Shown here: positions 19,954 through 31,298 of the stretch, in pieces
How positions within the stretch are numbered: the stretch's first letter is position 1
Layout: every line of letters begins with the position of its first letter
Made by a program: the position numbers and the translations under genes
From: Candidatus Eiseniibacteriota bacterium
GTDB taxonomy: Bacteria; Eisenbacteria; RBG-16-71-46; JABDJR01
Length of the DNA stretch: 64,000 nt
NCBI GenBank assembly: GCA_963762255.1
Contig: CAVXKA010000001.1
Span: forward strand, 1,568,001 to 1,632,000
Reading direction: 5' to 3'
The notes under the pieces: model-generated
Database searches by the model: none
What the model was told of the DNA's origin: nothing
What the model saw: the letters and a program-made list of their open reading frames with translations, nothing else

Positions 19954-22453
19954 GCCGGTTCAGAAGGAAGTCGCAGTCGAATCCATCCGTCGGGGCACAA
20001 GCTCGCCGTCCGACGAACCCGGCTGGGCCCTGGCGCTGGAGCGTCGCGGATTCTGGGTTGCGGCGGCGGGGCTCGCGCTCTTGCTCGTCCTCTTCTTCAA
20101 TCCGATCTTCTTCGCGGGGAAGGAATTTCAACCGCCGGACGTCGTGGCCAGCCTGGCCCAGCGCACCTACGTCCAGGAGGCCTTCCACTCCGAAGGATCG
20201 CTTCTCCAACGCTATCCGCTCTGGACGCCCTACATCTTCTCCGGGATGCCCTCCTTCGGGAGCCTGATCGCCGCGCCGTACACCAATCCGATGAGCCTCC
20301 TCCTCACTCCGATCCCCGGCATATTCAAAGTGGTCACCTATTACCTCCTGCTCGGGATCTTCACCTGGCTCCTGATGCGGCGGCTGGGGTTGCGCACGCT
20401 GAGCGCGCTCTTCGGCGCGGTGGCCTTCGTGTTCTGCGCCCATGTGATCACCCTGATCATGTTCGGGCACAACTCCAAGATCGCCACCCTCATCTTTCTG
20501 CCGCTGGTGCTCTTGGCCACGCACGAGCTGTGGCAACGGATCACCCTGCGCTGGACGTCGATCCTGGCTCTGGCCATCGGGACCATGCTCGTCTCCTCCC
20601 ACTTGCAGATCTCGTATTACACGTTTCTCACCGCCGGGCTCTACCTGGTGGTAGCTACCGTCGACTCGCTGCGGCGGCGCATGACGGTGCCGGCTGTCCT
20701 GGCGCGCTGGGGCGTGTGGGCCGCCGCGTTCGCGGTGGGGCTTGCCGCGAGCGCCGTCCTCTTCCTCTCCGTGCGGGAGTACTCGGCGCACTCCATCCGC
20801 GGCGGTACCGGGGGCGGGCTCCCCTTCGACTACGCCACCAACTGGAGCTTCCATCCGCTCGAGATCACGACCTTCTTCGTGCCCTCGTTCATGGGCTTCG
20901 GCCAGACCACCTATTGGGGATGGATGCCGTTCACCGATTTTCCGCACTACATGGGCATTCTGGTGATCGTGCTTGCCGCCTTCACGATCGCGCTCTGGCC
21001 GCGCGAGCGCATGACCCTCCTCCTCACCCTGCTCGGCGCGATCGCGCTGGTCCTTTCCTTCGGCAAGCACGTACCCGTGCTCTACAGCCTCTTCTTCGAT
21101 TATTTCCCGCAGTTCAATAAGTTCCGCGTGCCGAGCATGATGCTGGTGCTGTTCCAGTTCGCGATGGCGGCGCTGGCGGCGATCGGGCTCGATCGATTGG
21201 CGCGCGCGCCGGCCGGCCACGAGCGGGAGCGCATGTTCCGAGCGCTTCGGGTGATCGCGGCGGCGACGCTGGCTGTCGTCGTCCTTCTCGGCATCCTCGC
21301 GGTCTCCGGCGGGCTCAAGAGCGCGGCGGTGAAGCGCCTCGCAGAGCGCGGCCCGGAGATGGGTCTGTCGGCGGAGCAGGTGGGGCCGTGGGTGGCGGGG
21401 ACGGCGGCCGAGGTCGTGCGGATGGCCTCGCGCGACGCGTTCCTCACGCTCCTGATCCTCGTCGCCGGTCTCGCGTTGTTGTGGGCGCGGCTGCGCGGAA
21501 AGCTCTCCGGCGGCGCGATGAGCGCGGCGGTGCTGATCCTGGTGTTCGTGGATCTGTGGCGCGTCGGGGCGAAACCCGCCGACTATCACTCGCGAGGCGG
21601 GCGCGCGCAGGTGTTCGCGGCCACACCGGCGGTGCAGTTCCTGCAAGCGGAGAAGGAGCCGTACCGCATCCTGCCCCTCACCGGACAGGGCACCAACAAG
21701 AACTGGTTCGCCTACTTCAAGGTCTCGAGCATCCAGGGCTATCACGCGGCCAAGATCAAGATCTACCAGGACCTCATCGACGAGCAGGGGCCGGCGGGGA
21801 TGGTGAAGCAGCTCTCGCGGGGCAACTTCAACATCATCAACATGCTCAACGCCAAGTACCTGGTGGCGGACCAGGAGATCCAAGGCGGACCGCTCATGAC
21901 CGTGGTCCGGGACAAGCAGTTCGTGATGCGCAACACCTCGGCGCTCCCCCGCATGTGGTTCGTGGATCGCGCGCGCGTGATCGCGGACGAGCCCGCGCAC
22001 CTGCAAGCGGTGGCGGATCCTACCTGGCGGCCGGACCAGGAGGCGCTTCTCTTCAAGGAGCCGGGACCGCTCGACTCCGGCCACGGTGGCACGGCGCGCG
22101 TGACCCGCTACGAGCCGCGTGAGATCCACGCCGACCTGGAGTCCCCGGGCAACTCGCTCCTCGTGATCAGCGAGGTGTTCTACGAGCCGGGCTGGAATGC
22201 CTGGCTGGACGGCAAGCCCGCCGAGGTGCTCCGCGCCGACTACGTGCTGCGCGCGATTCAGGTGCCGCCGGGCAAGCATGAACTGCGCATGCGCTTCGAC
22301 CCGCCCGCCTTCCGCACCGGCGTGTTTCTGAGCCTGGGGGCGTACCTTGTGATCGCGATCGGGTTTGCCGCGTCGTTCGTGGTGGACCGGCGCCGCCCGA
22401 GGGGACGTCACGCCGATTCCGCAGCGGACCGTGCCGCGGACGCGGAGGCGTAG
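19943..22453 (+). CDS. YfhO-family GT-C membrane glycosyltransferase
   Basis: PLWTPYIFSGMP, H.QISYY, KFRVP, GYHAAK, SEVFY.PGW.AW.DG...RADYVLRA..VP.GKH; many TMs. Confidence 0.88.
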   Translation: MARKPVQKEVAVESIRRGTSSPSDEPGWALALERRGFWVAAAGLALLLVLFFNPIFFAGKEFQPPDVVASLAQRTYVQEAFHSEGSLLQRYPLWTPYIFSGMPSFGSLIAAPYTNPMSLLLTPIPGIFKVVTYYLLLGIFTWLLMRRLGLRTLSALFGAVAFVFCAHVITLIMFGHNSKIATLIFLPLVLLATHELWQRITLRWTSILALAIGTMLVSSHLQISYYTFLTAGLYLVVATVDSLRRRMTVPAVLARWGVWAAAFAVGLAASAVLFLSVREYSAHSIRGGTGGGLPFDYATNWSFHPLEITTFFVPSFMGFGQTTYWGWMPFTDFPHYMGILVIVLAAFTIALWPRERMTLLLTLLGAIALVLSFGKHVPVLYSLFFDYFPQFNKFRVPSMMLVLFQFAMAALAAIGLDRLARAPAGHERERMFRALRVIAAATLAVVVLLGILAVSGGLKSAAVKRLAERGPEMGLSAEQVGPWVAGTAAEVVRMASRDAFLTLLILVAGLALLWARLRGKLSGGAMSAAVLILVFVDLWRVGAKPADYHSRGGRAQVFAATPAVQFLQAEKEPYRILPLTGQGTNKNWFAYFKVSSIQGYHAAKIKIYQDLIDEQGPAGMVKQLSRGNFNIINMLNAKYLVADQEIQGGPLMTVVRDKQFVMRNTSALPRMWFVDRARVIADEPAHLQAVADPTWRPDQEALLFKEPGPLDSGHGGTARVTRYEPREIHADLESPGNSLLVISEVFYEPGWNAWLDGKPAEVLRADYVLRAIQVPPGKHELRMRFDPPAFRTGVFLSLGAYLVIAIGFAASFVVDRRRPRGRHADSAADRAADAEA

Positions 22454-22464
22454 GGCGCCCGGCC

Positions 22465-24364
22465 ATGTGCGGCATAGCCGGCGCTTTCCATTACGCGCGT
22501 CAGACCGAGGTGCTCGACACCACGCTGCGCGCGATGGCGGGGACCATCGTTCACCGGGGTCCCGATGACGAGGGTTTCCACCGGGAACCGGACGGCCGCC
22601 TGGGGCTCGCGTTTCGCCGCCTTTCCATCGTCGATCTCGCCGGCGGCCATCAGCCGATGTCCTCCGAGGGCGGTCGCTACTGGATCGTCTTCAACGGCGA
22701 GATCTATAACCACGCCGACCTGCGTCGCGAGTTCGAGGCCAAGGGACGTCGCTTCCGCACGCGTTGCGACACCGAGGTCATTCTGGCCGCCTACGCCGAG
22801 TACGGCGCCGAGTGCGTGACCCGTTTCCAGGGGATGTTCGCGTTCGCGATCTGGGACCGGGAGTCGCGCTCGCTCTTCCTTGCCAGAGACCGGGTGGGGA
22901 TCAAGCCGCTCTACTTCGCGGACCTGGGCGGCGCCTTCGTGTTCGGCGAGCGAGATCAAGGCGCTCTTCGCCTATCCCGGGCTCGGGCCGCGGCTCGACC
23001 GCGACGAACTCGCCCGCTACTTCACCTTTCTCTGCGTCCCCCCGCCGAACACGCTCTTCGAGGGGGTGCACAAGCTCCGGGCCGGCCACACGCTCACCGT
23101 CACCGAGAAGGGCTTGGGCGAGCCCCGCCGCTATTGGACCCCTCTCACCGGACCGCTCTCCACCGCCTCCGAGGACGAACTCGCCGATGAGTTGCGCGCC
23201 GCGCTCACCGACTCCGTCCGCGCGCGCCTCATGGCCGATGTTCCCTTCGGCGCATTCCTGAGCGGGGGAGTGGACTCGAGCGCGATCGTGGCCATCATGG
23301 CCTCCATCCTCGACCGCCCGGTCGAGACCTTCAGCGTCGGCTACAAGGACGATCCCGGCTTCAACGAATTCGAGAACGCGCGGCGCACCGCGAAGCTCTT
23401 CGGCACCAACCACCACGAAGTCCTGATCGACCACGAGGACTTCCGCCGATTCCTCCCGAGACTCGTGCACCACCAGGACGAACCGATCGCCGACCCGGTG
23501 TGCGTGCCGCTCTACTACGTGGCCGAGCTGGCGCGGCAGAGCGGCGTGATCGTGACGCTGGTGGGGGAGGGTTCGGACGAACTCTTCTTCGGCTACACCT
23601 TCCACAACCGCGTGCGGAGGATGTTCGAACGCTATTGGGCGCCGTTCGCCGGCGCACCGCGACCCTTGAAGGCGCTGGCCGTCGCGAGCGTCTCGCCCTT
23701 CATGGATGCGCAACGCCGCGACTTTCTCAAGCGCTTCCGCGACGGCGGCGAGCCGTTCTGGGGTGGGGCGGTGACGTTCTATCCCGAGGAGCTCAAGCGG
23801 CTCGCTCCCGGCCTCGCCGGGGATCGCCGCCGCGAGGAGATCGTGCGCGCGCTGTACGCGGAGATCGATGCCTCGCGGCCCGGCGCCGATTTCGCCACCC
23901 GCGCCGGGTATCTGGAGCTCATGTACCGACTCCCCGAACTCCTGCTCATGCGCGTGGACAAGATGACGATGGCCACTTCGGTCGAGGGGCGCGTGCCCTT
24001 CCTCGACCATCGCCTGGTGGAGCTGGCGTTCCGGATTCCGGGATCCATGAAGGTCAGGAACGGGGTCACCAAGCACATCCTGAAGCTGGCGGTGAAGGAC
24101 CTGCTCCCCGCGGAGATCATCCATCGCCCCAAGGTGGGCTTCCATGTGCCGGTCACACGCTGGTTCGAGGAAGTGCTGAACCCGCTGGCCGACGACGCGC
24201 TGCTCGATCCACGTATGGCGGCGCTCGAGATCTGGGATCCCGCCGAAGTGCGCCGGCTCTTGCGCTTGCAGCGCGAGGGGCGCGGCAACTACGGCATGCG
24301 CATCTGGGCTCTGGTCAACTTTGCGCTCTGGTACCGGCACTGGATGGAAGGGGAGTCGCTTTGA
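22465..24364 (+). CDS. asnB: asparagine synthetase-like glutamine amidotransferase (one +1 frameshift near 22946)
   Basis: MCGIAG, HRGPD, FNGEIYN, RDRVGIKPLY; then in the +1 frame ASEIK, LSGGVDSS, GEGSDELFFGY, VEGRVPFLD. Confidence 0.9.
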
Positions 24365-26046
24365 CGCACCCGGCCTGGATCAGGGATATCGAGTCCGCTC
24401 GCGGTCCGGCCCTGTTCATCACGCGCAACAACCTCCCCTTGGCCGCGCAACTGGACCGGCAGGCGAAGGGTCTCGACTGGACGGTTCGCACCAAGGACGA
24501 CCTCAAAGGCTTGAGCGCACGCGGCCTGCTCGCGCTGCTCCGTTCACGGCGATGGTCGGTCCTCCTCATCGAGGATCGTGCCGAGGACATGCCGCGCCGC
24601 CTCGATCTGTACCGGTCCCTGCTCGCTGCGGGGAATGCGCGGGTCCGCCTGCTTCTCACGACCGAGGATGGAGCCACCCGGGCGGAGCCCGTTCACCGCT
24701 GGCGATCGCTTCCCTCCCTGAGCGCAGCGCTGGCCGCGGAAGGGGTCGCCACGCTTCAAGGCCTGTCGAGCGCTTCGCGGCTCACCCGTGCACTGGACGG
24801 GCCTACCCCGGCACGCCGGCGCGCGGAGGGCATCACCGCAGGAGCGCGGGTCGCGGTCATCAAGACCGAATTCTGGTTCGGGCTCAAGGCGGGCGGGTCC
24901 GTCTCCCACGGCGTCGGGGTGCTGGCCGCCATGCGGCGGCTCGGCCTGGAGCCTCGTCTCTGGACCACCTCCGTGCTGCCCGGCGCCCCGCCGGAGGTTC
25001 TCCAGACGGAAGTCAGGCCGGCGCTTCGCCCGTCGCTGATCGAAGAAGCGGCGATGGCAGCCTTCAACCGCACCTTTCTCGATCGCGTCGAGCCCGACGT
25101 GCGCGCGTTCCGTCCCACGGTCATCTATCACCGGCACGGCGTGTTCAGCCTGGCCGGGCTGGCATTGGCGCGGCGCCTCGGTGTGCCGCTCGTATTGGAG
25201 GTGAACGCGAGCGAAGTCTGGGCGCGCGAGGCATGGAGCCGGCTCTATTTCGGCGGCCTGGCCCGGCGGATGGAGCGGGTCGCGTTCGAGAGAGCGGATC
25301 GACTGGTGCTGATCTCCGAGGAACTCATTCCGACGGTGGAGTCGCTGGGCGGCGATCGCGCTCGGATCGTGGTGAACCCGAACGGGGTGGACGTCGCCCG
25401 GTTCGATCCCGAGTCCCGCGGCGACGATGTGCGACGGCGGCTGGGGTTCGGGCGCGACGATATCGTCTGCGGTTTCGTGGCGACCTTCCACCGCTGGCAC
25501 GGAGTCGTGTTTCTTGCCGAGCAGCTCTCCACGTTGATGAGTGCGGACGCCAGGCTGCGTTTCATGCTGGTGGGGGACGGAGATCTGCGGCCCGAGGTGG
25601 AGAACATGGTGCGGTCGGCCGGGCTTTCGGAACGCGTCCGGTTCACCGGGCTCGTCGCCCCCGCCGAGGTGCCGGCGCACCTCGGCGCGTGTGATATTCT
25701 CCTCAGCCCTCATCTTCCGTTTGAAGATGGGACCCCGTTCTTCGGTTCGCCGACCAAGCTCTTCGAGTATCTGGCGGCGGGCCGTCCGGTGGTGGCGAGC
25801 CGACTGGGACAGATCGGAAGGGTTGTCGAGGACGGAACGACCGGTCTCCTCTTCGAGCCGGGCGATGCTCCGGCCTTCCGGTCCGCGGTCCTTCGTCTGG
25901 CCGCCGATCCGGAGTTGCGCGCGCGCCTGGGACGGGAAGCGCGCAAGACCGCCGAGCGTCGATACACCTGGGAGGCGAACGTTCGCCGAGCCCTCGATGG
26001 CTTCGTCGCCCTCGACGCAGACCCCGAACCGACCGGGAGCCCATGA
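24361..26046 (+). CDS. glycosyltransferase family 4 with N-terminal extension
   Basis: AGGSVSH, PNGVD, SPTKLFEYLAAGRPVV; TTG start overlapping the asnB stop. Confidence 0.85.
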   Translation: MTHPAWIRDIESARGPALFITRNNLPLAAQLDRQAKGLDWTVRTKDDLKGLSARGLLALLRSRRWSVLLIEDRAEDMPRRLDLYRSLLAAGNARVRLLLTTEDGATRAEPVHRWRSLPSLSAALAAEGVATLQGLSSASRLTRALDGPTPARRRAEGITAGARVAVIKTEFWFGLKAGGSVSHGVGVLAAMRRLGLEPRLWTTSVLPGAPPEVLQTEVRPALRPSLIEEAAMAAFNRTFLDRVEPDVRAFRPTVIYHRHGVFSLAGLALARRLGVPLVLEVNASEVWAREAWSRLYFGGLARRMERVAFERADRLVLISEELIPTVESLGGDRARIVVNPNGVDVARFDPESRGDDVRRRLGFGRDDIVCGFVATFHRWHGVVFLAEQLSTLMSADARLRFMLVGDGDLRPEVENMVRSAGLSERVRFTGLVAPAEVPAHLGACDILLSPHLPFEDGTPFFGSPTKLFEYLAAGRPVVASRLGQIGRVVEDGTTGLLFEPGDAPAFRSAVLRLAADPELRARLGREARKTAERRYTWEANVRRALDGFVALDADPEPTGSP

Positions 26047-26849
26047 ACGAGTCCGATCTGAAGCGCCAGGTCCAAGCCTACTGGGACGCGCACCCCTGCG
26101 GCACCCAGTTCACCGGCCTCGAGTGGGGCTCGCAGGAGTTCTACCGTGCGGTGGAGGAGGATCGGTACCGGCGCCAGCCGTTCATGGCCGAAGCCGTAGG
26201 GTTTTCCCGGTATGCGGGGAAGCGCTTGCTCGAGATCGGCTGCGGGTTGGGTACCGACCTCGCCCAGTTCGCGCGCGGCGGTGCCGTCACCACGGGTCTC
26301 GATCTGACCCCCGGCGGTGTCGCGCTGGCGCGCCGGCGTTTCGATCTCGACGGGCTCAAGGGCACGTTCCTCGTCGGGGACGCGGAGAATCTCCCCTTTG
26401 CGGACGACCACTTCGACGTCGTGTACTCGTTCGGCGTCCTCCATCACACTCCGGATACTGCGCGCGCGTTCCGGGAAGTGTTCCGGGTCCTGCGCCCCGG
26501 CGGCGACGCGGTGGTGATGCTCTATCACTCGCGCTCCTCGCATCTCTACCTCGGGTATCCTCTGGCGCTCCTGTCGCGGTTGCGTCGCGGCGAGGGGTGG
26601 ATCGGTCGACGGGAGTACTTCCGCGCGTACGACGGCGCACAGAATCCGCTCGGCAAGGCCTACACCCGCAAGCAGGTGCGGGGTCTATTCCAGGGCTTCG
26701 AAGTACTCGACCAGAGGAGTTACGATACGTGGCGACCGCACCTGGGAGCCGCGGCCAATCGGGTGCTTCTGGGCCTGGGGAAGCGGTTCGGCTTCTATGT
26801 GGTGACGCGAGCCCGCAAGCCGGGCGGCGCAGAGAACACGGGGAGGTGA
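26043..26849 (+). CDS. class I SAM-dependent methyltransferase
   Basis: LEIGCGLG, DAENLPF, YSFGVLHHTP, RVLRPGG. Confidence 0.9.
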   Translation: MNESDLKRQVQAYWDAHPCGTQFTGLEWGSQEFYRAVEEDRYRRQPFMAEAVGFSRYAGKRLLEIGCGLGTDLAQFARGGAVTTGLDLTPGGVALARRRFDLDGLKGTFLVGDAENLPFADDHFDVVYSFGVLHHTPDTARAFREVFRVLRPGGDAVVMLYHSRSSHLYLGYPLALLSRLRRGEGWIGRREYFRAYDGAQNPLGKAYTRKQVRGLFQGFEVLDQRSYDTWRPHLGAAANRVLLGLGKRFGFYVVTRARKPGGAENTGR

Positions 26850-26853
26850 CCGC

Positions 26854-27798
26854 GTGCCGACAAACGAACTGAACCTTGTCCTGGGCGGCGCGGGTTTCCT
26901 CGGCTCGCACGTCGCCGAGGCCCTGCTGCGGCATGGCCGCTCGGTGCGCGTCTTCGACCGCCCCAACGCCGACATGGCGCGGCTGGAGGAGATCCCCCGC
27001 GGCTGGGAGTTCGTGGGGGGCGACTTCCTCAACGAGGCCGATCAGGCCGAGGCCCTGCGCGGTGTGACCACCGTCTTCCACCTCATCTCCACGACGATAC
27101 CCGCCACCTCGAGCTTGAATCCCATCTACGATGTCGAGACCAACCTGACCTCCACCCTCCGCTGCATCGAGCTCGCGCTCGAGTCGGGGGTGAAGCGGAT
27201 CGTGTTCGTCTCGAGCGGCGGCACCGTGTACGGCCGTCCGCAGAGCCTGCCCATCACGGAAGAGCACCCCACCGAGCCGCTTGTCTCCTACGGCGTCGTG
27301 AAGCTGGCCATCGAGAAGTACCTTCGCTTGTACTGGAGACTTTACGGTCTCTCCTATCGGATTCTGCGCCTGTCCAATCCCTACGGTCCGCGCCAGGACG
27401 TCGCGGGCGCGCAGGGCGCCGCGTCGGTGTTCCTGGGCCACGCGCACGCCGGGCAGCCGATCGAGATCTGGGGCGACGGGAGCGTGGTGCGCGACTACAT
27501 CTACGTGGGGGACGCGGTGGAGGGGATTCTCGCCGCCGAGGCCTCGGAGGGGCCCGAAGGGCTCTACAACATCGGCTCCGGCGAGGGCGTGAGCCTCAAC
27601 GACCTTGTGGCGCACATCCGCGAGGCAGCAGGACGCGACGTCGAGGTGCGCCTTCTTCCCGGGCGCCCCTTCGACGTGCCGGTCAACGTGCTCGACATCG
27701 GAAAGGCCCGCCGAGACCTCGGCTGGTCCCCCCGCGTGCCGCTCGCCGAGGGCCTGCGCCGCACGTGGGAGTGGCTCGAGAGGAGCCGGCGTCCGTGA
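26854..27798 (+). CDS. NAD-dependent epimerase/dehydratase
   Basis: GGAGFLG, SSGGTVYG, YGVVK, NPYGP, RDYIYV. Confidence 0.9.
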   Translation: MPTNELNLVLGGAGFLGSHVAEALLRHGRSVRVFDRPNADMARLEEIPRGWEFVGGDFLNEADQAEALRGVTTVFHLISTTIPATSSLNPIYDVETNLTSTLRCIELALESGVKRIVFVSSGGTVYGRPQSLPITEEHPTEPLVSYGVVKLAIEKYLRLYWRLYGLSYRILRLSNPYGPRQDVAGAQGAASVFLGHAHAGQPIEIWGDGSVVRDYIYVGDAVEGILAAEASEGPEGLYNIGSGEGVSLNDLVAHIREAAGRDVEVRLLPGRPFDVPVNVLDIGKARRDLGWSPRVPLAEGLRRTWEWLERSRRP

Positions 27799-28550
27799 CC
27801 GCGCCGATGGTGAACGGGCGTCCGATCCGCCTCTCCATCTTCTTTCCCGCCTACTACGACGAACTCAACATCCCGAAGGTGGTGGACGGCGCGCTCCGCG
27901 TGGTGGAGGAGATGGGGATCGAGGACTACGAGATCATCATCGTTGAGGATGGCAGCCCGGACCGCACCGGCGAGGTGGCCGACGAGCTGGCCGCGCGCCA
28001 CCCGCGCGTGCGGGTCGTGCATCACCCCAAGAACCTCGGCTACGGCATGGCCCTGCGCACCGGATTCACCGAGGCGCGCCTCGACCACGTCTTCTACACC
28101 GACGGCGACAATCAGTTCGACTTGCAGGAACTGAAGAAGTTCGTGGCGCTCCTGCCCTATACGGACATCGTCTCCGGGTTCCGCATCCAGAAGCAGTACT
28201 CGCCCTATCGCAAGTTCACTTCGTTCATCTATAACTACTTTCTGCGCGTGCTGTTCGACATCCAGGACCGCGACGTGGATTGCGCGTTCAAGCTCTACCC
28301 GACCGAACTCTTCCGGCGGATCGACATGGAATCGCGCGACGCGTTCATCGACGCGGAGCTTGCGATCAAGGCTCGACTCCTCGGGTACCGTTCGACCGAG
28401 GTCGGCGTGCGTCATCTGCCTCGACTGGACGGCATCTCGACCGGCGCCCGCCCCAGCGTGATCCTGCGAACGATTCGCGAGATCTACCGTTTCCGTCGCA
28501 AGTACCGCCACCAACTCCGGGAGGAGAAGCGGACGGCGGGGGCGCGCTAG
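27795..28550 (+). CDS. glycosyltransferase family 2 (DPM/DPG synthase-like)
   Basis: FFPAY, EDGSPD, NLGYG, TDGDNQFD, DVDCAFKL. Confidence 0.88.
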   Translation: MTAPMVNGRPIRLSIFFPAYYDELNIPKVVDGALRVVEEMGIEDYEIIIVEDGSPDRTGEVADELAARHPRVRVVHHPKNLGYGMALRTGFTEARLDHVFYTDGDNQFDLQELKKFVALLPYTDIVSGFRIQKQYSPYRKFTSFIYNYFLRVLFDIQDRDVDCAFKLYPTELFRRIDMESRDAFIDAELAIKARLLGYRSTEVGVRHLPRLDGISTGARPSVILRTIREIYRFRRKYRHQLREEKRTAGAR

Positions 28551-28596
28551 CCCACCCGCCTCGGGCCCGCATCCGCGGGCGATCCGCGCAGCGAAC

Positions 28597-29340
28597 ATGG
28601 AACGCGAGGTTTACGACTTCTTCTACGAGGCCGAGGATCGCCATTGGTGGTTCCTGGCCCGGCGGCGCATCCTCATGGCCGTGCTCGAGCGATCCGTTCC
28701 GCGACCCGGGATCGAAATCGCGGACGTGGGGTGCGGCACAGGCGGCATGGCCGCGCCTCTCTCGCGATTCGGCCGGGTGACCGCGGTGGACGAGGCGTCG
28801 CAAGCGCGCGAGTATTGCCGGCGCCGGGGTCTCGATCGGGTACTCTCCATCGCGGAGTGGGACGCCGATACAACGGCCTACGATCTCGTCACCGCCTTCG
28901 ATGTCGTCGAGCACGTGGAGGACGATCTGGCCCTTCTCAAACGGCTCCATGCGCGGCTCAAACCGGGGGGCACGCTCGTGGTCACCGTGCCCGCCTACCG
29001 GTTTCTCTGGAGTCCGTTCGACGAGATGAACCACCACGTCCGGCGCTATTCGCGCGGGGAGTTGCGAAACCGCCTGGAAGAGGCGGGATTCCGCGTGCGG
29101 CGCGCCACCTACTTCAACTCGCTGCTCTTTCCGGTGATCGCGGTCGTCCGCCTGGCGGAGCGCGCGCTCGGTCTCGACCCCACCAAGGATGCGGAGAAGA
29201 AGAAGGCGCTCGCCCGCTGGTTCAAGGTGGGACCGCTGAACGGCGTCCTGACAGGGCTCTTCGCTTCGGAGCGCCACTGGCTCGTCGAACGCGACCTCCC
29301 AGCCGGGTGCTCGATCCTCGCCGTCGCGGTGAAGGACTAG
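28597..29340 (+). CDS. class I SAM-dependent methyltransferase
   Basis: EDRHWWF, DVGCGTG, DVVEHVEDD, VTVPAY, HVRRY. Confidence 0.9.
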   Translation: MEREVYDFFYEAEDRHWWFLARRRILMAVLERSVPRPGIEIADVGCGTGGMAAPLSRFGRVTAVDEASQAREYCRRRGLDRVLSIAEWDADTTAYDLVTAFDVVEHVEDDLALLKRLHARLKPGGTLVVTVPAYRFLWSPFDEMNHHVRRYSRGELRNRLEEAGFRVRRATYFNSLLFPVIAVVRLAERALGLDPTKDAEKKKALARWFKVGPLNGVLTGLFASERHWLVERDLPAGCSILAVAVKD

Positions 29341-29342
29341 CG

Positions 29343-31247
29343 GTGGGGTTTCTGGACGACCTCATCTACTTCGGGCCGTCTCTGTCGCCGGGACGCGCCC
29401 TCGCCCTGGCTCGCGCCAAGATCGCCAAGTCCCGCCTCACCCGCGCGACGGCGGCGGCGCTGCGACGCGCGGAGTCCGACGACCTCCTGTTCGATCGCGT
29501 CCGACTGCCGCGAGCGACCGAATCCCGTGTGGAGGCGCTTCGAGCCTCGTTCAAGCCCCTGGCCGCGGTTTCGCTCCCCGGTGGGGATCCACCGGCCGAT
29601 GCCGCACGCGCCGGCGAAACCCTGGCGCGCGCGGAAGCGGTGCTTGCGGGCAAGCAGATTCTCTTCGGCCGGGAGATCGAGTTGGGCTGGCCGCCTCGAT
29701 GGGATTGGCGATGGGACGGCCTCCCCGAGGCCGCCCCGTTCGCGGGCGACCTGCGCAGCACCTGGGAAGCGCAGCGTTTGCAGGGGCTGTTGCCGTTGGC
29801 TCGCGCCTCCGCCGACGAACGCGTCGCCCGAGCGGGCTCGGACGATCGCTTTGCGCGGGCCTACATCGCCGGCGTGCTCGACTTCGCCCGCCATCATCCC
29901 GGACCGGACGGCCTCGCATGGGAGAGCGCGCTCGAAGTGGGCTTGCGACTCGTATCGCTCGCGCAAGGACTTCCCCGGATCGTGCAGAGCGACGCGTTCG
30001 AAGAACGCCATGTCGAGATCGTGCGCATGCTGGACCGACACGCGCGCTGGCTGCGAGCCGGCCTTTCGCTCGACAAGGTCGTGCGCGGAAACCACCTTCT
30101 TGGCGAGCTGGCGGGATTGCTCATTGCGGGGCGGCTCATCCCGGATGCGCGCGCGACATGGTGGCACGGGCTCGACGTCCCGGGGCTTCTCGAATCCGAG
30201 ATCCTCGCCCAATTCCATCCCGACGGCGCGAGCGTCGAGCAGTCGCTCACCTACGAGAAGTTCGTTCTCGAGTTCGTCGTGCTGGCTGGCGCTTTCGGCG
30301 CGACCCGCGGCGAGCCCTACTCCGCCGACGTGCGGGAGCGCCTCGGCGCCGCCCTCGACCATCTGGAAGCGTGCACCGCTCCCGACGGCACGCTGCCGCT
30401 CGTGGGGGACTGCGACTCCGGACGGGGCGCCGATTGGGGCGAGTCCGATCCTCACCGGCCGGCAGGGTTCGTCGATACAGCACGACGGCTCCTCGGGGCG
30501 GCCCCGCCGGCAGCGAACGGACCCATGCTCCGGCGCTTCCCCGACGGCGGGCACGTCGTCGTACGCGACGGAGACAGCTTCCTCTTCATGCGCGGCGGAC
30601 CGTTCGGCCACGGCATTCCAGGCCCCGCGTCGCATAGCCACGCCGACCTTCTTGCCCCGGTGCTCTATCTGGGGGGTGAAGCGGTCCTGGTCGATCCCGG
30701 CGTGTACGGATACGCCGTGGGATCGGCATTGCGTGACGGCATGCGCGGCTGGGAGGCCCACTCCGCCGTCTCGTTCGGGCCCTCCGCCGGGCCGATCCCG
30801 GCCGGGACTTTCCGATGGCGAGGCATCCCGCCGCCTGCCAGCCTGAGCGGGGAGATCACCGCCGAGGGGGCAGTCCTGGAGGGGGAAGTCCGCCGCGGCC
30901 CCCGTGGGAATCCTTTGCTCTGGCACAGGTCTATACACTACAATCAATTACGTCGTATCTGGCTCATCCTAGACCGCTTCTCCCAGACTGCAACGGGGCC
31001 CGTCAACTGGGCCTTTCGCTTCGCTCCCGGGGTCCATTTGGAACAGACCGGCGTCGCGGGGGTGTACCGCGTTGTGCTCCCTTCGGGACGGATGTGGCGG
31101 CTGACCTTGGATCCGGTGGGGGAAATCGTGGTGGAGGACGGCTGGATCGCGCCCGCGTATGGAAGCATGGTGACGGCTCCGATCCTGCGCCGTAGGCTCG
31201 GGACGCCACCCTCGGACGCGCGGGCGGAGCTCGCCCCTCTCGGGTGA
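29343..31247 (+). CDS. heparinase II/III family protein
   Basis: WE..R, NHLLGE, EQS..Y, GD.DSG, HSHAD, VDPG.Y.Y, W..P.YG. Confidence 0.82.
   Translation: MGFLDDLIYFGPSLSPGRALALARAKIAKSRLTRATAAALRRAESDDLLFDRVRLPRATESRVEALRASFKPLAAVSLPGGDPPADAARAGETLARAEAVLAGKQILFGREIELGWPPRWDWRWDGLPEAAPFAGDLRSTWEAQRLQGLLPLARASADERVARAGSDDRFARAYIAGVLDFARHHPGPDGLAWESALEVGLRLVSLAQGLPRIVQSDAFEERHVEIVRMLDRHARWLRAGLSLDKVVRGNHLLGELAGLLIAGRLIPDARATWWHGLDVPGLLESEILAQFHPDGASVEQSLTYEKFVLEFVVLAGAFGATRGEPYSADVRERLGAALDHLEACTAPDGTLPLVGDCDSGRGADWGESDPHRPAGFVDTARRLLGAAPPAANGPMLRRFPDGGHVVVRDGDSFLFMRGGPFGHGIPGPASHSHADLLAPVLYLGGEAVLVDPGVYGYAVGSALRDGMRGWEAHSAVSFGPSAGPIPAGTFRWRGIPPPASLSGEITAEGAVLEGEVRRGPRGNPLLWHRSIHYNQLRRIWLILDRFSQTATGPVNWAFRFAPGVHLEQTGVAGVYRVVLPSGRMWRLTLDPVGEIVVEDGWIAPAYGSMVTAPILRRRLGTPPSDARAELAPLG
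30915..30944 (+). promoter_or_regulatory. putative internal sigma70 promoter
   Basis: TTGCTC-18 bp-TACAAT in an AT-rich patch inside the heparinase-like CDS. Confidence 0.4.
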
Positions 31248-31298
31248 CGGACCCGCGTCGCGCCGGCATCGCCGGCCGGCGCCGCCATAGGAGACAGC

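Noticed and set aside
19376-22411. 1011-aa minus-strand ORF (and similar long ORFs at 11451-13613, 30969-32984, 48490-50214)
   Set aside because: Antisense shadows of clear plus-strand genes; high GC3 suppresses stops; no recognisable motifs.
9324-29340. Methyltransferases + AsnB + GTs as a RiPP or secondary-metabolite cluster
   Set aside because: No precursor peptide, lasso B protein or PKS/NRPS; the context is surface glycan biosynthesis.
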